This document shows positions 52,224-62,354 of a stretch of 64,000 nucleotides of DNA, in pieces; within the stretch, counting starts at the first letter, position 1, and the number at the start of each line of letters is the position of its first letter. Made by a program: the position numbers and the translations under genes. The notes below the pieces were generated by a model, which saw nothing but the letters and a program-made list of their open reading frames with translations, was not told where the DNA came from and ran no database searches. The stretch lies in NCBI GenBank assembly GCA_038240075.1, contig JBBSEC010000004.1, positions 9,674 through 73,673 of the forward strand, in the 5' to 3' direction. Origin of the DNA: Acidimicrobiia bacterium. Its GTDB lineage: Bacteria > Actinomycetota > Acidimicrobiia > IMCC26256 > PALSA-610.

Positions 52224-53617
52224 GCCGCGGTCCCGCCGACCGTGATGCCGGTGACCCGGAGCGTCGGCTGGCCCGACGAGACCGGAACGCCCTGACCGTT
52301 CTTCCCGCAGATGCCGGTCCACGTGTCGAAGTCGTTACCGACGACGTCGATGCGATGCAGCGTCTCGGGCCCGTTGCCGATGAGCTGCGCCGCGCGAATC
52401 GGGTGCGTGACCTCGCCGTGCTCGATCAGATACGCCTCGGTGATGCCGAACACGAAGTCGCCGGTGGCCGTGTTGACCTGCCCACCGCCGAGCTGCACGC
52501 AGTAGATGCCGTGCTCGGTGTCGCGCACGATGTCGTCGGGATCGGTGTCGCCGGGCGTGAGGTACGTGTTGGTCATCCGCACCATGGGCATGTGCTGGTA
52601 CGTCTCCCGCCGGCCGTTCCCGCTCGACGCGCGCCCCGCCTTGCGGGCGCGGAGGTAGTCCCACATGTAGTCGTTGAGCACACCGTTCTCGATGAGCACG
52701 TTGCTCTGCGCGGGACGACCTTCGTCGTCGACCGCGAACGTTCCCCACTCACGGTCGTAGCTGCCGTCATCGATCAGGGTCACGAGCGGCGACGCGACCT
52801 GGGTTCCGACCTTGCCGTCGAACACCGACGCGGCCCGCTGCACGAGGTCGGCCTCGAGACCGTGCCCGCACGCCTCGTGGAAGAGCACGGCGCCCGCGCC
52901 ACGCGCGAGCACCACCGGGAGGGTTCCGCTCGGCGCGGGCCGGGCGTCGAGCATCGTGATCGCCCGCCGCGCCGAGGTGCGTGCGATCTCCTCGACATCG
53001 AACTCGTCGAAGTACTCGAAGCCGAGCGTGCGTCCGGGAGACTCGTAGCCGGTCTGCATGCCGGTGTCACCGGCGGCCACGGTCTGCACACCGAAGCGGG
53101 TGCGGACCTGGTCGTCGTCGGTGAGGAGACCGTCGGAGTTGGCGACGAGGATGCGCCGCCGCGAGTCGGCGTACGACGCGGTGACCGAGCGGATCGATCC
53201 GCCCTCGGCGCGGGCCGACGCGTCGGCGACCCGCAGGAGCTCGACCTTCCGGGCCTTCGGCACCGACTCGGGCTGCACCGCGATGTCGTGGGGGTTGGAA
53301 GGCGTTCGGGTCAACGCGACCTCGCGGACACCTCCGCCTCCCGACCGCGCGGCTGCCGCCGCCGCTTCCGCCGCCTCGGCGAGGCCGCCCTCGGCCAGAT
53401 CGGCCGTGTGCGCGAACCCGGTCGTGTCGCCGCGCACCACTCGAATGCCGGCACCTCTCGACCGTCCGGTGGTGAGCTCTTCGACCCGGCCGTCGTCGAA
53501 GCGGCCGCTGCTCCCGCGGCGATCCTCGACGAAGACCTCCGCGAAATCACCGCCGCTTCGCAGCGCGGTGCGCAGGGTGCGCTCGAGGACTGGAGCTTCG
53601 ATCAACGGTGCTGTCAT
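52220..53617 (-). CDS. tldD: Metalloprotease TldD
   Basis: ORF 52220..53887 trimmed to the ATG at MTAPLIEAPVLE. HEACGHGLEADL metal-binding motif. C-terminal GGQVNTATGDFVFG. Confidence 0.85.
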   Translation of the reverse strand: MTAPLIEAPVLERTLRTALRSGGDFAEVFVEDRRGSSGRFDDGRVEELTTGRSRGAGIRVVRGDTTGFAHTADLAEGGLAEAAEAAAAAARSGGGGVREVALTRTPSNPHDIAVQPESVPKARKVELLRVADASARAEGGSIRSVTASYADSRRRILVANSDGLLTDDDQVRTRFGVQTVAAGDTGMQTGYESPGRTLGFEYFDEFDVEEIARTSARRAITMLDARPAPSGTLPVVLARGAGAVLFHEACGHGLEADLVQRAASVFDGKVGTQVASPLVTLIDDGSYDREWGTFAVDDEGRPAQSNVLIENGVLNDYMWDYLRARKAGRASSGNGRRETYQHMPMVRMTNTYLTPGDTDPDDIVRDTEHGIYCVQLGGGQVNTATGDFVFGITEAYLIEHGEVTHPIRAAQLIGNGPETLHRIDVVGNDFDTWTGICGKNGQGVPVSSGQPTLRVTGITVGGTAA

Positions 53618-53683
53618 GCGCGTCGCTTTCGCCCAAATTCCCACAAATGTTGCCGGTGCACCCGGGGTGCCTATCGTACGCAG

Positions 53684-54070
53684 ATGGTTCTGACGCCCGG
53701 GATGGCCGCGAGCGTGACCCGGGTCGTTGAACAGATCGACACCGCGATTGCATTCCGGAGCGGCGACGTGCCCGTGATCGCCACTCCGCGGGTGGTCGGC
53801 CTGGCCGAGGAGGCCACGGTGATCGCGGTCGCGGATGCCCTCCCCCCTGGTCAGACGACCGTCGGCTCGGCGGTGCGGCTGACCCACCTCGCCCCGAGCC
53901 CGATCGGCGCGACCGTGACGGCCGATGTCGTCCTCGAATCGATCGAGGGGCGCCGTCTGGTCTTTCGCGTCTCGGTGACCGACGGCCGCGGCCTCGTCGC
54001 GGCCGGCTACATCACCCGGGTCATGGTGGAACGGGAACGCTTCATCGAGCGCGCCCGCGACGGTTCCTGA
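53684..54070 (+). CDS. Hotdog-fold thioesterase (FlK-like family)
   Basis: Tail of ORF 52355..54070 from an ATG. VIATPRVVGLAEEATV...TTVGSAVRLTHLAPSPIGATVTA...EGRRLVFRVSVTD matches the family pattern. 128 aa. Confidence 0.7.
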   Translation: MVLTPGMAASVTRVVEQIDTAIAFRSGDVPVIATPRVVGLAEEATVIAVADALPPGQTTVGSAVRLTHLAPSPIGATVTADVVLESIEGRRLVFRVSVTDGRGLVAAGYITRVMVERERFIERARDGS

Positions 54071-54076
54071 GCCCGT

Positions 54077-55705
54077 TCACGCGAGGTTGCTCGAGCGCGG
54101 GTAGGCGTCGGCGGGATCGGTGAGCACGTTGACGACCGACGGGCCCGGGGTCGCGAACGCACGCGTGAGCGCAGGCCGGATCTCGCCGGGCTCGCGCACG
54201 AGCTCGCCGTGGCCGCCGAGTGCCTCCATCACGAGGTCGTAGCGCGTCTCGGGTTGCAGGTCGGCGACGACGTCGTATCCGAACAACGCCTGCATCGGAT
54301 GCTTCTCGAGCCCCCAGATGCCGTTGTTGCCGATGATCACCGTGACGTCGACGCGGTGCCGCACCAACGTGTCGAAGTCGCCGAGGGAGAAGCCCGCGGC
54401 GCCGTCGCCGAGGAGGAGCACGATCTGGCGACCGGGGCGCCCGCGCGACGCGCCGAGCGCGTAGCCGGGACCGGTGCCCAGGCAGCCGTACGGGCCCGGG
54501 TCGAGAAACGAGCCCGGAACGAACGTGTCGATGTACTTCCCCGCGTACGACACGAAGTCGCCACCGTCGCCGATGACGACCGAGTCGCGATCGAGCAGCG
54601 CGCGCAGCTCGCCGTAGATGCGCGACGGCGCGATCGGCGTGGCGTCCGACTCGAGCCGCGCCCGTTCGGCATCGCGCCCGCCTTGCTCCTCGGCGCGGAG
54701 CTGCTCGATCCACCGCTCGTGCTCGGCGCGCACGTCCGGCGCAACTCCCGCCGCCGCGAGCGCGCCGAGGGTCGCGCGCAGGTCGGCACCGATGTCGTCG
54801 GTGGGCGCGGCGTGCGTACCGATCTCCTCGGGTGCATCGGCGAGGTGCACAACGCGGGCGTCGCCGAAGTTGCCGAACCCGAGGCGGAAGTCGAGCGGCG
54901 TGCCCACGACGAGAACGAGGTCGGCGCCACGCAGTGCGGCACTCCGGGCGCGCGAGAACGCGAGCCGGTGATCGGCCGGCAGGAGCCCGCGGCCGAGTCC
55001 GTTCGCGAACACCGGCACGTTCGCGGCCTCCGCGAACGCGCGCAGCTCCTCGTGACCACCGGCCCAGTAGACGTCGCCGCCCGCGACCACGACCGGTCGC
55101 GTCGCGGCGCCGAGAATGCCGGCAATCCGCGCGACCGCCGCGGGGTCAGGATCGGCGCCGAGCGTGTCGCGCGGGTCGAACGCCGGGATGTCGGCGGTCG
55201 CAGGCCCGAACGCGTCGAGCGGAAGGTCGACGAAGGTCGGCCCACGGTGCGGAGTGCGCGCCGCGAGCAGCGCCTCGTGCACCGCTGTCACGATTCCCGC
55301 ACCCGGCGTCGCGGTGACGGCCGTCTTCGTCACGGTCTCGACGATCGGGATGTGATCGAGCTCCTGCAGTGAGCCCCTTCCCCACCGGCCTTGCGGCGCG
55401 CGGCCACCGATCACGAGCATGGGCGAGCCCGCGAGGCGGGCGGACGCGAGCGCGCTGACCCCGTTGGTGACGCCCGGACCGGCCGTCAGTGCCGCGCAAC
55501 CGGGCCGGCCGGTGACCTTCGCGAACCCTTCGGCGGCGAAGGCCGCGGTCTGCTCGTGCCGGGTGTCGACCAGCGCGATGTCGGTCTGGACGCAACCGTC
55601 GTACAGCACGAACAGGTGGCCGCCGGAGAGTGTGAACACCGTCTCGACGCCGTGCGCGCGCAGCACCTCTGCCGCGAGCCGACCGCCGTGCTGGTCCGTT
55701 CTCAT
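54077..55705 (-). CDS. Thiamine pyrophosphate-dependent enzyme (acetolactate synthase large subunit-like)
   Basis: ORF 54077..55837 trimmed to the ATG at [32 protein letters not shown] motif [10 protein letters not shown]...IIGNNGIWG. Confidence 0.85.
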   Translation of the reverse strand: MRTDQHGGRLAAEVLRAHGVETVFTLSGGHLFVLYDGCVQTDIALVDTRHEQTAAFAAEGFAKVTGRPGCAALTAGPGVTNGVSALASARLAGSPMLVIGGRAPQGRWGRGSLQELDHIPIVETVTKTAVTATPGAGIVTAVHEALLAARTPHRGPTFVDLPLDAFGPATADIPAFDPRDTLGADPDPAAVARIAGILGAATRPVVVAGGDVYWAGGHEELRAFAEAANVPVFANGLGRGLLPADHRLAFSRARSAALRGADLVLVVGTPLDFRLGFGNFGDARVVHLADAPEEIGTHAAPTDDIGADLRATLGALAAAGVAPDVRAEHERWIEQLRAEEQGGRDAERARLESDATPIAPSRIYGELRALLDRDSVVIGDGGDFVSYAGKYIDTFVPGSFLDPGPYGCLGTGPGYALGASRGRPGRQIVLLLGDGAAGFSLGDFDTLVRHRVDVTVIIGNNGIWGLEKHPMQALFGYDVVADLQPETRYDLVMEALGGHGELVREPGEIRPALTRAFATPGPSVVNVLTDPADAYPRSSNLA

Positions 55706-55782
55706 GGTCGCATGCTTGCTCGTCGCGACATGGAGCGTCGCCCCCTCGTCTGAAGCTGACCGCGCGCCTGCTCCGGTACGGC

Positions 55783-56607
55783 CTACGACACTGCGGCCGG
55801 GAGCCCTGCGAGGAAGCGTTCGAGCACATCGATCCAACGGTCGGGCGCCTCGAACTGCGGCGAGTGCCCGGCTTCGGGGATGACCTCGAGCTCGGCGCCC
55901 GGGATCGCGGCGGCCATCGCGTACGAAACCTCAACGAACGGCAGATCGAGCTCGCCCACCATCACGAGCGTCGGGCACGTCACTTCCCGCAAGATCGGGA
56001 GATCGTCAGGTTGGTGGGCGATCTCGACGGCGAGCGTGCTCCACATCACGACCGACGTGTCGGCCCACTTGCGGTCCTGGAACTCGCGATAGCCGGGCCG
56101 GTCGACCAGCATGCGGAGATAGGCATCGGTGTCGAGGGTGCCGGCCGAGTCGAGGAGCGCCTTGAGCGCGTCCTTGCCCTCCGTGAGCCCGACGTAGGCG
56201 CCGATCTCCACCAGCTCGGGTACCAGCGCGGGAATCGGTCCTGCGCTCGTGTCCATCAGCACCAGCGCCTCGATGCGTTCCGGCTGCTCGAGCGGCACGC
56301 GGCGCACGACCATTCCACCCATCGAGTGCCCGAGGACGCGGAAGCGGTCGAGGCCGGCCGCGTCGGCGACGGCCCACGTGTCGGCCCGCATGCGCGCCAA
56401 CGAGTACGAGCCCGCGTCGGTCGGGTGATCGCTGCTGCCGTGCCCGCGATGATCGAAGGTCACGACGGTGTGCCGCTCCGCCAGTCGTTCGACGTGGTCC
56501 GCGAAGTCCTCCTTCGCGCCGCCGTGGCCGTGGACGAGGAGCAGGCCGGGGCCCGAACCACTGACTTCCACGTCGAGCTCGACACCGTCGTCGGTCCGTA
56601 CCCGCAT
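55783..56607 (-). CDS. Alpha/beta hydrolase
   Basis: ORF 55783..56664 trimmed to the ATG at [22 protein letters not shown] oxyanion region, nucleophile elbow GHSMGG, and a C-terminal His in PEAGHSPQ. Confidence 0.8.
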   Translation of the reverse strand: MRVRTDDGVELDVEVSGSGPGLLLVHGHGGAKEDFADHVERLAERHTVVTFDHRGHGSSDHPTDAGSYSLARMRADTWAVADAAGLDRFRVLGHSMGGMVVRRVPLEQPERIEALVLMDTSAGPIPALVPELVEIGAYVGLTEGKDALKALLDSAGTLDTDAYLRMLVDRPGYREFQDRKWADTSVVMWSTLAVEIAHQPDDLPILREVTCPTLVMVGELDLPFVEVSYAMAAAIPGAELEVIPEAGHSPQFEAPDRWIDVLERFLAGLPAAVS

Positions 56608-56726
56608 TGCGTCCCCCCCGTGGTCGATGCACCATCGTCGCCGCTGCGGGTCGCGGCGCGCCACCTTCGGCTCGTTGCGGGATCGGCGCAGTTCGATGCC
56701 GGGGGTTCCGTAGGCTGTCGAACGCC

Positions 56727-57752
56727 ATGTCCCAACCGCCTCCGCCCGAACCGCAGCCGAGCCCGGCGCCGGCGCCGGCGCCCGAGCGGTCGGGTCGGTG
56801 GAAGGTCGTGGCGCGGATCGTCTTCAGCGTCGGAGTGCTCACGCTGCTCGTGTTGAAGACCCCGCACCCCAACGACGTCATCCCCCATCACGACCACTGG
56901 CGCACCGCGTTGCTGCTCGGCGCGGCGTTGCTGCTGATCTTCGGCGGCATCGTGCTCCAGGCCTGGCGCTGGCAGCAGGTGCTGCGCATCTTCGACTACC
57001 GAGTCGGCCTCGGAACGCTCACGGCGTACACGCTGGCCGGCCAGTTCGTGGGCAACGTGCTGCCGTCGACGATCGGCGGTGACGTCGTCCGGGTCAGCCG
57101 GCTCGGAGCCACCATCCACTCGAACGAGACCGCGTTCGGGTCGGTCGCGATCGAGCGTCTCACCGGTTTCGTCGCGCTCCCCGCCCTCGTGATCGTCGGG
57201 TTCATCGCGCGGCCGTCGCTGCTGAAGCACGCCCACGCGTTCCTGGCGCTCGGCATCGCTGCGATCACCGTCGGCGCGCTCGTCGCGATCTTGACGGCCG
57301 CCGCCCACCCCCGCCTCGCGGGGCGCTTCGCCGGCAACGACAACTGGATGCGCTTCATCGGTGTGGTGCACGTCGGCGTCGACCGGTTGCGCCGCCAACC
57401 GCGCGAGGCGCTCGGCGTGGTCGGCACGTCGGTCGCGTACCAGGTGTCGGTGATCATCGCCGTGCTCTGCATCGTGCGGACGCTCGAGCTCCCGCTCCCG
57501 AACGCCGCGGTCATCGCGTTCGTGCCCGCCGTCGCGATGGCCCAGGCCGTCCCGATCTCCCTCGGCGGCCTCGGTGTCCGCGAAGGCGCGTTCGTGCTGT
57601 TCTTCCATTCGTTCGGCGTGACGAACGCGAAGGCCATCGCGGTCGGTCTGCTCTGGTACGCGTGCGTGCTCATCTCGAGCATGCTCGGCGCGCCCGCGTT
57701 CGCGGTCGGGAAGCGGCAACCGTCGCGCGTCGCCGAGCAAACCAACTCATGA
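56727..57752 (+). CDS. Lysylphosphatidylglycerol-synthase-TM-like (UPF0104, flippase-like) membrane protein
   Basis: ORF 56607..57752 trimmed to the ATG at MSQPPPPE. Characteristic WRWQQVLRIF...LAGQFVGNVLPSTIGGDVVRV. Confidence 0.7.
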   Translation: MSQPPPPEPQPSPAPAPAPERSGRWKVVARIVFSVGVLTLLVLKTPHPNDVIPHHDHWRTALLLGAALLLIFGGIVLQAWRWQQVLRIFDYRVGLGTLTAYTLAGQFVGNVLPSTIGGDVVRVSRLGATIHSNETAFGSVAIERLTGFVALPALVIVGFIARPSLLKHAHAFLALGIAAITVGALVAILTAAAHPRLAGRFAGNDNWMRFIGVVHVGVDRLRRQPREALGVVGTSVAYQVSVIIAVLCIVRTLELPLPNAAVIAFVPAVAMAQAVPISLGGLGVREGAFVLFFHSFGVTNAKAIAVGLLWYACVLISSMLGAPAFAVGKRQPSRVAEQTNS

Positions 57753-58552
57753 CGAGCGCCGAGACGACCACGCGATCCGCGCGCCGCGGACGAACCGGCC
57801 GCCGCCTGAGTGACGGCTCGGTCATCTGCTGGTGGCTCGAGATCCTGATGTGCCTCGTCTTCTACTTCGTGTACTCGTTGGCCCGGAACGCCAACAAGAG
57901 CGACCCGTCGAAGGCGTTCCGCAACGCGGGTACGATCATCAACCTCGAGCACCACCTCGGCATCTTCCACGAGGCGACGATCGAAGGCTGGGCGCTGCAC
58001 GCGAAGGCCGTCGTGATCGCCGCGAACTACTACTACGGATCACTGCACTTCGCCGTGACGATCGGCGTCGCGTTCGTGCTGTTCCGAAAGTGGTCGGACG
58101 AGTACCCACGCTGGCGCAACACGCTGGCCGTGTCGACCGGCCTCGCGCTCGTCGGTTTCATCAGTTTCCCGCTGATGCCGCCGCGGCTCCTGCCATCGCA
58201 CTACGGCTTCGTCGACACGCTCGACAAGTACCCGACCTTCTGGTCGTTCGACTCCGGCGCGGTCAGCAGGATCTCGAACCAGTTCGCGGCGATGCCGAGC
58301 GTCCACTGCTGCTGGGCGTTGTGGTGCGCGTGCATCCTCGTCCCCCACCTCAAACATCCCGTCGCCAAGGCCGCCGCGGCCCTGTATCCCGTGCTCACGG
58401 TGACCGTGATCGTGATCACGGCCAACCACTTCTTCCTCGACGCCGTCGGCGGGTTCGCGACGCTCGGGATCGGCTACCTCGTCGCGCAGCGCTTCACCCG
58501 CGCGGGACGCAAGGGCGACCAACTCGACGCGCGTTCCCCCTCACCAGCATGA
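57749..58552 (+). CDS. PAP2-superfamily membrane protein (inositolphosphotransferase/AUR1-like)
   Basis: ORF 57662..58552 trimmed to an ATG overlapping the previous stop (ATGA). FPLMPPR...NQFAAMPSVHCCWALW...ANHFFLDAVGG are PAP2 C2/C3-like motifs. Confidence 0.7.
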   Translation: MTSAETTTRSARRGRTGRRLSDGSVICWWLEILMCLVFYFVYSLARNANKSDPSKAFRNAGTIINLEHHLGIFHEATIEGWALHAKAVVIAANYYYGSLHFAVTIGVAFVLFRKWSDEYPRWRNTLAVSTGLALVGFISFPLMPPRLLPSHYGFVDTLDKYPTFWSFDSGAVSRISNQFAAMPSVHCCWALWCACILVPHLKHPVAKAAAALYPVLTVTVIVITANHFFLDAVGGFATLGIGYLVAQRFTRAGRKGDQLDARSPSPA

Positions 58553-59319
58553 GCACCGACATGGGAGTCGACGCCGACCTCGATCACGTCGCGCTCGCCG
58601 CGGCCGACACGGCCCCGGCGATGCGCTTCCTCACCGGGACGCTGGCCGGCACGGTGCGGTCGGGCGGCCAGGCCTTCGGGTTCCGACCCGTGCAGGTGCT
58701 CGTCGGCGACATCACTGGTGGCATGAAGGTCGAGCTGCTCGAACCGTGGGACACGGAGCACAACGACTTCCTCGCGCGTTTCGTTGCGCGCACCGGCTCC
58801 GGTCCGCACCACATGACGTTCAAGGTGAAGAATCTCGACATCGCGCTCGACGCCGCGCGCGCCGCGGGCTTCACGCCCGTCGGCATCGAACGCTCCGATC
58901 CGCGTTGGCAGGAGGCGTTCCTGCATCCGAGCGAGGCACACGGCACCGTCGTGCAGTTGGCGCAGACGACCGAGGGCACCGACCGCGCGACCTGGCTCGC
59001 GTACGTCGCCGCGAACGGCGCGGAAGGCAGCCCGAGATGGTGGGTCGACCCCGAGCCGCCGGCCGGACCCGCCGCGTACCTTCGCCGCGTCGTCCTCGGC
59101 GCGCCCGAACCCGCCGCGCTGCTGCCGTTGTACCGCGGGCTGCTCGGCGGAGTGGAGGTCGCGCACGCCGACGGCACCGACCTCGCGTGGCCGGGCGGTG
59201 GCCGGGTGCGGATCGAACTCCGGCCGGATGTTCCGCCCGGCGTCGACCGACTCGAGGTCGAAGGGCTCGCCGCCCCGACCAACGTCGTGGGCACCTGGTT
59301 CACACCGACGAAGGGTTGA
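58549..59319 (+). CDS. VOC (glyoxalase/bleomycin resistance/dioxygenase) family protein
   Basis: Tail of ORF 57832..59319 from an ATG overlapping the previous stop (ATGA). LDHVALAAADT...KVELLEP...GPHHMTFKV. Confidence 0.65.
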   Translation: MSTDMGVDADLDHVALAAADTAPAMRFLTGTLAGTVRSGGQAFGFRPVQVLVGDITGGMKVELLEPWDTEHNDFLARFVARTGSGPHHMTFKVKNLDIALDAARAAGFTPVGIERSDPRWQEAFLHPSEAHGTVVQLAQTTEGTDRATWLAYVAANGAEGSPRWWVDPEPPAGPAAYLRRVVLGAPEPAALLPLYRGLLGGVEVAHADGTDLAWPGGGRVRIELRPDVPPGVDRLEVEGLAAPTNVVGTWFTPTKG

Positions 59320-59327
59320 CGTCCCCG

Positions 59328-59567
59328 TCAACGCCGGCGGCGGACGAGGGTGGCAAGGCGGTCGATGAGCGCGCCGAGAACCGCGGCGACCGCGAGCGCG
59401 TAGATCAACCTCACCTTGCTGTGCACGACGATGAAGCTCACCTTCACCTCGCCGCGGTTGGCGACACCGAACCAGACGAGCACGATGAGGAGCACGACGA
59501 ACGCGATCAGCCGCGCCGTCGGCCTGCCCCCGTCGTGGAGATCGTGGAGCTCGCTGTCGTCGGGCAT
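59328..59567 (-). CDS. LapA-domain (DUF1049-like) small membrane protein
   Basis: ORF 79 aa. Two TM segments flank NRGEVKVSFIVVHSKVRL, with a basic tail. Confidence 0.55.
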   Translation of the reverse strand: MPDDSELHDLHDGGRPTARLIAFVVLLIVLVWFGVANRGEVKVSFIVVHSKVRLIYALAVAAVLGALIDRLATLVRRRR

Positions 59568-59621
59568 GACCTCACGCTACGCCGACGCGCGCGGCGGCGT
59601 GCGTCTGTGGGAGCGATGCGA

Positions 59622-60512
59622 TCAGCGCCGTTGCGACCGCACGAGCCGGACCACGGCGTCGCGCACCGCCGCGTCGGCGAGCGAGAGGCGCACTCCTCGC
59701 GCCGTGACGAGCGCGAGGCGACGCGGCGGCATGTCGGCGATCGCGACCGCACACACACCGGGCTCGCGCGGCGGGACCGCGGTCTCGGGAATGATCGACA
59801 CTCCCGCGCCGGCGGCGACGAGGTCGCCGATGAGCCGCACACCCTCGACCTCGAGCGGCACCGAGAACGAGAGCCCCTGGTCGCGCGCCGCGGTCTCGAC
59901 CTCGGAACGCAACGGGTTGCCGAGGGGCGGCAGGATCATCGGGTGGGCCGCAAGCTCGGAGAGCGGCACCGGACCGGCCGTCGCGGCGAGCTCGAACGAG
60001 CTCGGGACGAGGCCGACGAGATCCTCGTCGAGCAGGTGCTCGACGACGAGACGGGAGTCGATCACCGGTTCGGTGATCACGGCCTGCGAGAGCTCCCGGC
60101 CCGCGACCTCCGCGGCGAGCCGTTCCGACGCACCTTCGGTGACCCGCAGCGAGAGGGCCGGGGCCTGGAGGCGGAGGTCGGCCACGACCGCGGGCACGAG
60201 CCAGCGGCTGATCGTGCCGACGGCTCCGAGGGTTGCGTGGCCGGTCTGGAGGCCCTGGAGCATCGAGAGATCGGCGCGGAGGGCGTCGAGCTCGCGGCGG
60301 ACGTGGCGCGCCCGCTCGAGCACGAGGTCACCGAACTCGGTCGGCACCGCGCCGCGGCGACCCCTCGTGAAGAGGACGACCCCGAGCTCCTCCTCGAGCT
60401 GGCGGATCTGGTCGGAGACGTTCGACTGCACCGTGTGCAGGCGATCGGCCGCTCCGGTGAACGACCCGGTCTCCTGCACCGCCAGCAGGGTCTCGAGGTG
60501 CCGAAGATGCAT
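59622..60512 (-). CDS. LysR-family transcriptional regulator
   Basis: ORF 59622..60683 trimmed to the ATG at MHLRHLETLLAVQETGSFTGAADRLHTVQSNVSDQIRQLEEELG (LysR HTH). Confidence 0.9.
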   Translation of the reverse strand: MHLRHLETLLAVQETGSFTGAADRLHTVQSNVSDQIRQLEEELGVVLFTRGRRGAVPTEFGDLVLERARHVRRELDALRADLSMLQGLQTGHATLGAVGTISRWLVPAVVADLRLQAPALSLRVTEGASERLAAEVAGRELSQAVITEPVIDSRLVVEHLLDEDLVGLVPSSFELAATAGPVPLSELAAHPMILPPLGNPLRSEVETAARDQGLSFSVPLEVEGVRLIGDLVAAGAGVSIIPETAVPPREPGVCAVAIADMPPRRLALVTARGVRLSLADAAVRDAVVRLVRSQRR

Positions 60513-60813
60513 GTTTATCCCTAGCGCCCTTCCTACCGCTGGCGGGACAAGCCCACCTGCATCTGTGTCCGTCCGGGCGGGCGGGCGCCCCAGGCCGGAG
60601 CCCCCGCTATGGCATGTAGGGTGTGCATGTGAAAATCGCCACAAGCGATGTATAGCATCCCTTTCAACTGTTTGACAGATCAAGCCCTCACCGCTTGACT
60701 AAGTCCCACTGGATGACTCGGAGGGTCGGCGTCCCCCCCGCCGGCTCTCCGATCTCCGGTCCCCCACCAGCCAGCAGTTTGATCCGAAACCGCTGCCGGG
60801 AAGGAAATTCGAC

Positions 60814-61161
60814 ATGGCAACCGACACGGTCACGTCCCTGATCTTCACCGGTGTTCTCGAATGGACCGTCGACGCGGCCTGCGGAGGTCAGACCGAGCTC
60901 TTCTTCGCCCCGGCCGGCGAGCGTCCGGAGGCCCGCGTCGTGCGCGAGGCCGCGGCCCGCTCCGTCTGCGCCGAGTGCCCCGTGCTCCTCGAGTGCCGCG
61001 ACTGGGCCCGGGAGCACCGTGAGTACGGCTTCTGGGGTGGCGAGTCGGAAGAAGAGCGTGCGGCCGCCGGCTACCGGGTCGACATGCCGGTCGGGCGGGT
61101 TGCGCGCTACCCCCGCGGCAACGGCACCCCGGTCGAGCCCCGCATCACGCGCATCGCGTAG
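60814..61161 (+). CDS. whiB: WhiB-family transcriptional regulator
   Basis: ORF 115 aa. Cys pattern AACGG...CAECPVLLEC plus GFWGGESEEER. Preceded by a ~300-nt comparatively A/T-rich leader. Confidence 0.85.
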   Translation: MATDTVTSLIFTGVLEWTVDAACGGQTELFFAPAGERPEARVVREAAARSVCAECPVLLECRDWAREHREYGFWGGESEEERAAAGYRVDMPVGRVARYPRGNGTPVEPRITRIA

Positions 61162-61283
61162 CTGTACCTCTGGTCGCACTCGCTGCGACTCGGCACGGCG
61201 CCTGTCACTGTTCGCCGCGCCCGCTCGCCGCTCCTGACGCCTCAGCCGACGGGCGCCTGCGTGCGGGAACTACCTTTCGCCGG

Positions 61284-62339
61284 GTGAGCGATCAACCCAC
61301 CCCTGACGGCGTCGACCTCGAAGCGTTGCGCGGGTGGTTCTCGCGCGAGGTCGAAGGTGCCGGCGACGGAGCGCTCTGGGCCGAGCTGATCGCCGGGGGC
61401 CGCTCCAACCTCACCTACGTCGTCGGCGACGGCGCGAGCGTGTGGGTGCTGCGCCGGCCGCCACTCGGTCACGTGTTGCCGACCGCGCACGACATGGCCC
61501 GCGAGTACACGGTCCTGCGCGCGCTCGCCGACACCGACGTTCCCGTTCCCCGCGCGCTCGCGTTCTGCGACGACGCGGACGTCAACGGCGCTCCGTTCTA
61601 CGTGATGTCGAAGGTCGACGGCGTGATCCTGCGCACTCCCGCCGACATGGCCGAGCTCACGACCGCGCAGGCGCGGGGGTGCTCCGAAGCGCTCGTCGAC
61701 GTTCTGGCCGCGATCCACGCCGTCGACTACAACGCGGTCGGCCTCGGCGACTTCGGTCATCCCGACGGCTTTCTGGCCCGGCAAGTGCGGCGCTGGGGCG
61801 AGCAGTGGGAACGGTCGAAGGCGACGGAGCTTCCGGCAATCGACGAGCTCGCGCGCCGGCTGCGCGCCGCGCTTCCCGAGTCGCCCCCGCCGACGATCGT
61901 GCACGGCGACTACCGGCTCGACAACACGATGCTCGCGCCCGGCGATCCCGGTCGCGTCGTCGCGGTGCTCGATTGGGAGATGTCGACGCTGGGCGATCCG
62001 CTCGCCGATCTCGGGCTCTTCCTGCTCTATTGGGGGCAAGCCGACGCGCAGGTGATCGCAACCGGCGCGGGGATCGACCCGGCGCGAGGATTCCTCAGCC
62101 GCGAGGCGGTGATCGACCGGTACGCGTCGGCGACGGGCACCGCGCTCGACTCGCTCGACTGGTACGAGGCGTTCGCGGCCTACAAGCTCGCGATCATCGT
62201 CGCCGGCATTCACGCCCGCTATCTCATGGGCAAGACCCTCGGTGAAGGGTTCGACAGCATGGGCGCGATGATCGCCCGGCTCGCCGAATCGGCGCTCGAA
62301 CGCACGTCGCACTCGTCGATCGCCGCGCTCCGAGGCTGA
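61284..62339 (+). CDS. Phosphotransferase (APH/choline kinase-like) family protein
   Basis: ORF 351 aa (GTG). GGRSNLTY, the Brenner-type motif VHGDYRLDNTML, and DWEMSTLGDP. Confidence 0.8.
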   Translation: MSDQPTPDGVDLEALRGWFSREVEGAGDGALWAELIAGGRSNLTYVVGDGASVWVLRRPPLGHVLPTAHDMAREYTVLRALADTDVPVPRALAFCDDADVNGAPFYVMSKVDGVILRTPADMAELTTAQARGCSEALVDVLAAIHAVDYNAVGLGDFGHPDGFLARQVRRWGEQWERSKATELPAIDELARRLRAALPESPPPTIVHGDYRLDNTMLAPGDPGRVVAVLDWEMSTLGDPLADLGLFLLYWGQADAQVIATGAGIDPARGFLSREAVIDRYASATGTALDSLDWYEAFAAYKLAIIVAGIHARYLMGKTLGEGFDSMGAMIARLAESALERTSHSSIAALRG

Positions 62340-62354
62340 GGACGGGAGACGCAC

